Assembly (NCBI GenBank): GCA_964247055.1
Contig: OZ176055.1
Span: 8,680,001-8,744,000 of the forward strand
DNA from: Paragordius varius
Taxonomy: Eukaryota > Animalia > Nematomorpha
DNA: 64,000 nt
Reading direction: 5' to 3'
The number at the start of each line of letters is the position of its first letter. Position 1 is the stretch's first letter. Shown one piece after another: positions 56,515 to 64,000 of the stretch. The translations under genes were made by a program, and so were the position numbers. The notes below the pieces were generated by a model that did no database searches, was not told where the DNA came from, and saw nothing but the letters and a program-made list of their open reading frames with translations.

Positions 56515-59500
56515 ATGAGAATTCCTGTCTTATTACTTTTATTTATGGTTATGATTGCGGATGCTTGCTACATTACAAATTGCCCAGGAAAGCGCAAGAG
56601 GGCATTTGATTCCGCATTTACTATCCATAAAAGATTCCTTTACAATCAAATTCACGAAGTATATTTTCCTATTTTTTTTAATAGCTCTTGAAACAGAGCT
56701 CGTTATTTACTCTTTTGAAACTTTATCTTGATTTATACCACACTAGCTTGCCATATACGTATGATAAAAATTATTGTTCATAGACTAAAGTCAAGGATAA
56801 GAGGGAGACTGTTTTAGTGGACCTAGAACCATAAGCTTATCTTAAAACCGTTTTGAACCTTTTACTTTTGATGATGTTTCTTATATCAGAATTTCTATTC
56901 GGAAGTAGCTTCGTTAATTTTGTTTTTTTTTAGTCAAAGCATATATTTTAGAATTTAATTTTAACTGACTGGTTTGACTGCATTTATTAGCATCCAAACC
57001 GGATACTATGTTTTGGGAGTCTTCATTCTATACATATATGTAACATAATACGCCCTAGCACAATCAATATTTTTAACCTGATAATCATTTATAAATAAAT
57101 GAAATAACTTTTTGCCTAGTAAACCCTTACCTTGCCCAATTATAATTGGTTTAATATAGTTGTAAAAATTTTAAAGGCATACTCATTCGTTTAATTTTTT
57201 TGAAAGGGAAGGGTAGAATTAGCATTCCATTACGCCCACGCAAAGAATTAAAATATGGTAATTATTTTATGATTGTCTAATACAATGTTTCTGGAACAAA
57301 TTTTCACTTTTTCAACCTTTAAAATAGTGGCTAATACACTGTTTACCGGGATAATATATTAAATTATTTAATGATACGCTTATTTTTAATGCTGAAGAAA
57401 TGTTGTTAAAACTTTTAAAAATGATGGAAATGTCTATTGGTTATTAGTAAACTATGAGTTTAAACAGCAGTAATAAAATTTTATATTACAAATTGTTATA
57501 ATTTGACTGGCATATTCAGAAATATAAATTTGTATTTAATATCGTATTTTGCTCTCAGGAGATTTCAAATGTTGCATCAGATCTATGTTCTTAAATAAAT
57601 ATGTAATAGGATTGGAACTGATTGGTTAATCGTTCATATGGGCATTCGTAACCGTGACTGCGCTCGGGATAAACAAATAATATTACATATACCAAATCTT
57701 TTTAGTAATTTATATGTAGAGTATTGGCAGAGGCAATATCCTGGAAAATGTGTGGGCCTATTTAAATTATAAAAGGGAATAATTTTGTGTTTTTTGGATT
57801 AGCTTTTTTGCCTCACCCATGTGATGGGGCTAAGGATCAAATATTGGCCTAGATGCATAAGATCCATTCGAATTTAACGATTGAGTTTTCTGATATTTTA
57901 ATGAAACTGGTCGAGTCATTTTTTAAAGTTGTCCCTCAGTTTATCCCGGCCTTCCCCCTGAATGTGTTTTGGAACAATGGGTTTTTAAGCAATTAAGAAA
58001 TTGTGTAGGCCCATTCGAATTCAAAAATGTAACATAAATTTTTATAAATACGCCAAGAATAAGTCATTTATCTACCCGTCGTTTAGCCCGACCTTCCATT
58101 TGAAAATAAGGGTTTATCTACAATCTGCATTTTCCCATAAACCTGTACGCCCTATCAAATTTAATAGTAAAATTTTTTTATTTTTTAAATGCACCGAGGG
58201 TGGTAGAGCCATTTTACGTATTAGCCACTCATACCCACCTCGTCCTACTTAATAAAGGAGTTTTTATAATAAGTGAAGGCTTTTAACTTATTTTCAGAAA
58301 ACGTGTAGGCCCATTTAAATACAAAAGCAAAATTTTATTCCATTATGGATGTTTAGTTCATTTTCATCCTCCTTATAATTTCCTTAAATCAAGTTTTTTG
58401 ATAAAAAATTAAATCATCCCAAAATTCAAAAGTAAATTTGGAAATTTATAAGGACATATGAAGAGGTTAATGGCCCTATATATTTATGAACTAAAAGATT
58501 ATTGCTGATTTTGCAATTAGGCGCAAAGTAGGGATTCACCCTCTGTAAATTTACATCGAATTAAAAATTGTGCGAAACACATTTCTAGGTTTCGTATAGC
58601 CTCATTATCGTATTTTATTGCAGGGAGGTCAAATCCCTTGTTATAGCCCTAAAATGTCCCAACTTTTATCTAAATACTATAATATAAATAAAGTTTTACC
58701 ACTTTGGGAAATAAAATATTTATAAATTGACAATAAGTGTCTTCTTACAGAGTTTTAATATGAGCATATTTGTATGATGCAATAATATTAGTGAATGTGA
58801 AACCCCGTAAAGATATGGTAAGTATTTTTAGTGATATTTTAATAATTTTTATCTCCGCTCATGGTATCGCAAATTTTATTAGGCCAATTCACTAATTATT
58901 TTTAAGATCAAAATCATGCGACACGCGATAAAAATATTAAAAAATGGTAACTTAAAATTACTTTTATGTACTATATTAAATTTTTAATTTATCGTATATT
59001 AAACTGTGTGTAAAAAAAATTTTAATTGTAAAAAAAATTTTAACAAAAAAATTTTTTTTTCATGAGATAGCTTATGACCAACGTATTCATTTGCCGCAAA
59101 ATTTTTTATTTATTGACAACCTAGTTTTTGAAATATTAAGAGAAAATCGCAATCGGGCAAAAAGTGAAAATTAAGGATAATTCAAAAGAATGATAAAATC
59201 TGAAATATTATCGTTTATTATCATTTAAGGAGATATTTTCAATATATAAATAGCCTAAAATCATATAGTTAGCGTTTCTATAAAATTTCAGGTCAAAAGA
59301 TGGCGTTTTTCTTTTTTCACACTTAAAAGACTAAAAAAATTTAATAAAACTATATTAAAATAATTTTTTTTAATTATTTACTACCTAAACTCACTATTAA
59401 AATTTTAATATTCATATTTTATTCAGGAAAACTTCTATATCAAAATAAAACCAAAAATATTGTTTTTTATTTTTGCATTTTTTTGTGGTTTATGAGTGTA

Positions 59501-62213
59501 TTAAAAATTTATACTGTTTTATTTTGGATTCTTACATGAGTGGGAATTATTAAGTATATAATTTTTGCTAAATAGGATTTAATATTAGTGAAATATCAAC
59601 CAACAATCCGTACAAATCCAAATACAAATATTAATTTGTTATAAAACAGACTTAAAGGAAATTGTAAGGATTGTTGGTTGATATTCAACTACTTTTAAAT
59701 CCTATTTTGCATAAATTATAAACTTAATAATTCCTAATCATTTAAGTTCCAAAATAAAACAGTATAAAATTTTTATACACTCATAAACCAGATGATAAAA
59801 AATGCAAAAATAAAAAACAGTATTTTTGGTTTTATTTTGATTTTGAAGTTAATTTTCCTGAATAAAATATGAATGTTAAGTATTTAATAGTGAGTTTAGG
59901 TAGTAAATAATTAAAAAAAAATATTTTAATATAGTTTCATTTAATTTTTTAGCCTTTTAAGTGTGATAAAAGAAAAACGCCATCTTTTGACCTGAAATTT
60001 TATAGAAACCCTAACTATATGATTTTAGGCTATTTATATATTGAAAATATCTCCTAAAATGATAATAAATGATAATATATCAAATATCATTATTTTTTGA
60101 ATTATCCTTAAATATCCTTAATTTTCACTTTTTGCCCGATTTCGATTTTCTCTCAATATTTCAAAAAAGGTTGTCAACAAATGAAAATTTTTGCGGAAAA
60201 TGAATGATCATAAGCTATCTCATGAAAAAAAAAATTTTTTGTTAAATCAAAATGACCCTCTTTTTTGCGCACAGTGTTATGTGCTTTCAAGCGGAAAATC
60301 TAATAGGCTATTTTTCATTTTATATAACATATATTAGCATTTGTGTGTTGACTAATTATCGTTAATGACTACATTTATACGCGGTCAGGTACACTATTTT
60401 TTGATTGCAAACTTATTACATATAATAACCAATTCAATCATTTATTATTATCAAGTAAGCATTTTAAATAATTGAAAATTTCCCTTAAAAATTTATTTTT
60501 TATGACACTCTATAGTAAATTATTTTCCTATTCCAAATTTTTTAATGCATCGATTCGCAACATTAAACAAAAACTCTATATTCTCCACATTTTAGTTGTT
60601 TGAATCTTTATTTAGTTTTGATATTCACAGCACCTTTTATTCGTTGCATTCATTTCGCTCATATGCCGTTGAAAATCTTGATTTATATTGAAAAATGCAT
60701 CGTTGCATATTTCATTGGATTAAACGCCATCTAACCTTTGTTTCATTGTTTCCTCTTTGTCAAACCCTCTTTCTAATAAGTCAGAAATTTATTTGAAAAT
60801 CCACCGGGAAAACTATAATTTTTTAACATAAAACAGATAACTTAAACAGTAAATAATCCTGATTAATGAAGTATGACCGATTCGTTAGATATTTATGAAA
60901 ATTTTTGATTTAAACTAGGACAGAAAAGTAATTTTCGATTTTGCCTGATAGAATTGCTTTAAAGGTACGCTAATCAAAAATAAGTGAATTTCCTTAAGAT
61001 TACGCATACAATCAGGATCAATTTTCAAAATATAAACCAAAGTTAAATCTTCTCGGAGGAATAGAATGTAAACGTGAAATAGAAAATTGTATAAACCATA
61101 TAAATATTAAACTATGAGGACAAAAATAATTTAGATTTTATTTTTTACATCCAGTGTCCTTCGTGTCAAATCGACGGGAGTGAAGGAAAATGCTTCGGCC
61201 CCAATATTTGCTGTAATGATACTAATGGTTGCCATATTTTACCAATGGGACAATCAAATCCATGTGCTATCGAAACATCGCTAGATGAACCATGCCAACC
61301 CGTTGGAAAGGAATGTGCTGGAAGCCTAGGTGGCTGTATAGCTGGTCTTTGTTGTACTCCAGGTGCGATTTTTAATTACTATTTTTTGTTTTTATAAGTT
61401 CTAATAAGTTATGGACTGTTTTATTTAACTTCTTCTAAAGATTTTTTATAAAGTATTTATATCGGGACCATTCTGTGGTTCTTCATTCTCAAAATAAAGT
61501 TTTAAGGAGATTTATTTCTCACTCTATGTACTTTTAAATTTTTGTGAAAAGATACATCAGCCAACGACGGCATTTTGAAGCAGTTTGTAAGCTTCTATGA
61601 ATTGACTTTTTTTTAAACACAATGTAAAATGATATTTTTATAATTTTTAAACATTATTATTGAATTAATATTATCAGATAATAAAAATTTTCAATGACCA
61701 AGTTTTGTTTGAAAAGCTATATACCATTCACTATCATTTATTAATAATCCTTAATCATCGCAAACGCCTTTCAAAATGCTTGAAGGTAGTTTATTTTGAC
61801 TGCGTGACACAGTTTTACATAAAGATACTATCAAAATGATTTAACTTTTAATTTTCTTAGTGATTTTTTAAATAGTTTTGCATAAATATTTATATTTTGA
61901 TGACCGAAGTTCAAATGAGACTCTCTGGAATATTAATTTGTCATTCTAAATGTTGAGCCATGTGATTGGTTCGCCATTGATTTTTATCAAAATAAATAAG
62001 CCCAAAATGGATTAGACATTTATACTTTTTTGTTCCCTTTCAATATTTGTCCTTTTTATAATGATAAAAATAATAGTTGACATATGTCTGTCAATTTTCT
62101 TAAGACTGCGTGCGTGGTGACAAAAAGTCTACCAAAGTTTGACAGTATCCAAATAGCTTATTTAAACATTTTTAGATGGGTGCTTGCGAGATATATCATG
62201 CATACAAGAATAA
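56515..62213 (+). CDS. OXT/AVP-like: Oxytocin/vasopressin-family neuropeptide-neurophysin precursor, 3 exons, ~129 aa
   Basis: Exon 1 56515-56658: signal MRIPVLLLLFMVMIADA + CYITNCPGKRKRAFDSAFTIHKRFLYNQIHE. Exon 2 61155-61362: CPSCQIDGSEGKCFGPNICCNDTNGC..CAIETSLDEPCQPVGKEC..CIAGLCCTP (neurophysin core). Exon 3 62176-62213: DGCLRDISCIQE*. 390 nt total. Intron phases 0 and 1 fall at the positions known from vertebrate OXT/AVP genes. Confidence 0.93.
59003..60275. mobile_element. ~1.27-kb foldback / long palindromic non-autonomous element in neuropeptide intron 1
   Basis: Arms ~59003-59612 and ~59665-60275 are reverse complements throughout (catgagatagcttatga/tcataagctatctcatg, ggtcaaaagatggcgttttt/aaaacgccatcttttgacc, atatcaaccaacaatcc/ggattgttggttgatat). 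No ORF. Confidence 0.85.
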
Positions 62214-62557
62214 TGACATGGTCCAGACGCTAGCGATTTTTTTAAATTTCAAATCATTTATTTAAAACATATAAAAAATTTAGAATCAATTGTATATCAC
62301 ATGTGTTAATGATGTTTACATATCAATAAACTAATCTATAATTGCAATATATAATAGTATTAATTAATATACATATAAATATGGGGGTGATTAGCAAAAT
62401 TGCTGCTTATAAAATGCCGTTTTTAAGGTTTTAAACCCGATTCAGCTTTATACTTTTTTTGTCTCTCTTCATGCAACAATCTATAATAGAGCAAGAGGAA
62501 AAGGGCATTTCTTCCAATTTTAACACGTAACTTTATTGATGAGAGCTAATTCATTTA

Positions 62558-64000
62558 TTATCTACAACCACATCCTACCGCAACCATGTCTTGATAATTT
62601 TTAAGGACAACTTTTTCATATTCATCCAAATATAGCATAGAGATGGGACTCAACTCTGTAGCTACGCAACATACCGTAGGAGCTAAATTACGGTTAACCG
62701 AATTGACGAGCGTTTGAATTATGGCATGATTAGTGGAATTGAGGTGGTCAGATAGGGGAAACGGGCAATCCCCTCCACAGAAAAAAGCATGGTACCCAGG
62801 AGGGGCTACAATCCAGTCGTTCCATCCCACATCGCTGAAATCAACGTAAAGCGGGTGTCTCCTACAATTGGCTGGGCCATATTTTCGTCTGTGCTTACGC
62901 ATAGTAGCAAATTCAGAACCTTCGAATGTTTTTATATTGCGTTTACTACGAGCATGTGTGTTGTGCCCTAGCTTATCATCATTATCGCTATTGGCTTGAG
63001 TATTAGGATCATGATGGAAAGTAAGTAAGAAGGGATCCTCAGACGTGTATATAACCGCGTGGCTGTTTGAAACTGTTTGATTTTGTGAAGTTAGCGAGTC
63101 ATGAGAATGATTAGATTGATAAAATTTTGAGTGATGTACATCAAAACATTTTACATGGGATGGAACAATGTCCAAAATGAAGCCTTTATTGTGATCTGGA
63201 TGCAAGGACCAATCCTCGATAGATTGAGTTACATCAAAAGATTCCCAAGCAAACGCATTGGTTAAATGCATGAGTTTAGAATCGACCAATTTGACATCTA
63301 TAAATTTTTTGGGTAGCAAGGGTTTGTTATTCAAGGTATTGTTTATGAATGTTTGAGCTTTTGGCCAATTTTCACGGCTTAACACTTGATAAAGGTCTAG
63401 GCGATAACTCATGAGCTGACTATCATTGAAACAAAACGGTGGTACAAATGTATTTTTGTGCCAAAACAAATTGTATAGATAAAATCGTATCTCAGCCGCC
63501 ACAAGGTTGGGTGGTAGCGTAGAGGTATTGTAATGTATGTAACGGCTGTAGGAGGAAAATTCGTTTTGCACTAGTTCTTTTGGATCAAACTCTACATCTA
63601 AACAGTTAAAGAAAATTTTACTATAAAATATTTTGGTTTTAGAATTCTACAATAATTTTAAAAGGTCGTTTTAAAATTAAATAATTTTAATGCCTTATAT
63701 TAAAACCAAAAAAAATATTCATAGAAGTAAACAGATATTTACCAGTTTCGTAAATGGTGTAAGCTTGGTTCGCACCATTTTCCGACAATTTATGTAATCG
63801 ATTTGGCATGGGAAGATTGTATATATTATCATATTGCTCAGATTGAATTAAATATTGAATCATGGGCGATAGGGTTGTTTGATTCTGTTCGCTGTTATCG
63901 AGTAGCAATTCTTCCATTTTCGCTGACTGAGCAATGGCTAAATTGTATTTGGCCAGCTGAATTCGATATAATCGAACAAGGTATTCGGGAATACGGATAT
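62558..64000 (-). CDS. BMP2/4: BMP2/4 (decapentaplegic) TGF-beta family ligand, 5'-truncated by the window edge
   Basis: Exons 63743->64000 ([10 protein letters not shown] prodomain motif) and 62558-63597, separated by a phase-1 intron 63598-63742. Furin site RSKR. Mature domain [89 protein letters not shown]. Confidence 0.97.

Noticed and set aside
57700-58600. Possible degenerate Ty3/gypsy integrase remnant including ORF 58001-58252
   Set aside because: Only vague GPY/F-like hints; no recognisable zinc finger or DDE motif could be read.

Overview
Very AT-rich eukaryotic (invertebrate animal) genomic DNA with spliceosomal GT-AG introns; no prokaryotic features. I assembled seven protein-coding genes by hand. 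The six complete ones have consistent exon phases and CDS lengths divisible by 3. In order: (1) SMIT1/SLC5A3-like sodium/myo-inositol cotransporter (-, 18 exons); (2) KRR1 (+, 10 exons), head-to-head with gene 1; (3) a giant atypical SLC6 transporter (-, 20 exons, ~1300 aa); (4) a cytosolic sulfotransferase (+, 6 exons), head-to-head with gene 3; (5) an IL-17-like cystine-knot precursor (+, 3 exons); (6) an oxytocin/vasopressin-neurophysin precursor (+, 3 exons) whose hormone is two residues short (CYITNCPG-KRKR); (7) BMP2/4 (dpp) (-, cut by the window end). Introns are either ultra-short (23-34 nt) or inflated by MITEs, mariner and LINE remnants, foldback elements and tandem arrays. AT richness plus minimal introns suggests a reduced genome such as an orthonectid (Intoshia-like); this is inference only. 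Strongest leads: the truncated oxytocin-family peptide, the prohormone-like IL-17 precursor, the giant SLC6, and an intronic array of amplified exon-end/splice-donor copies.
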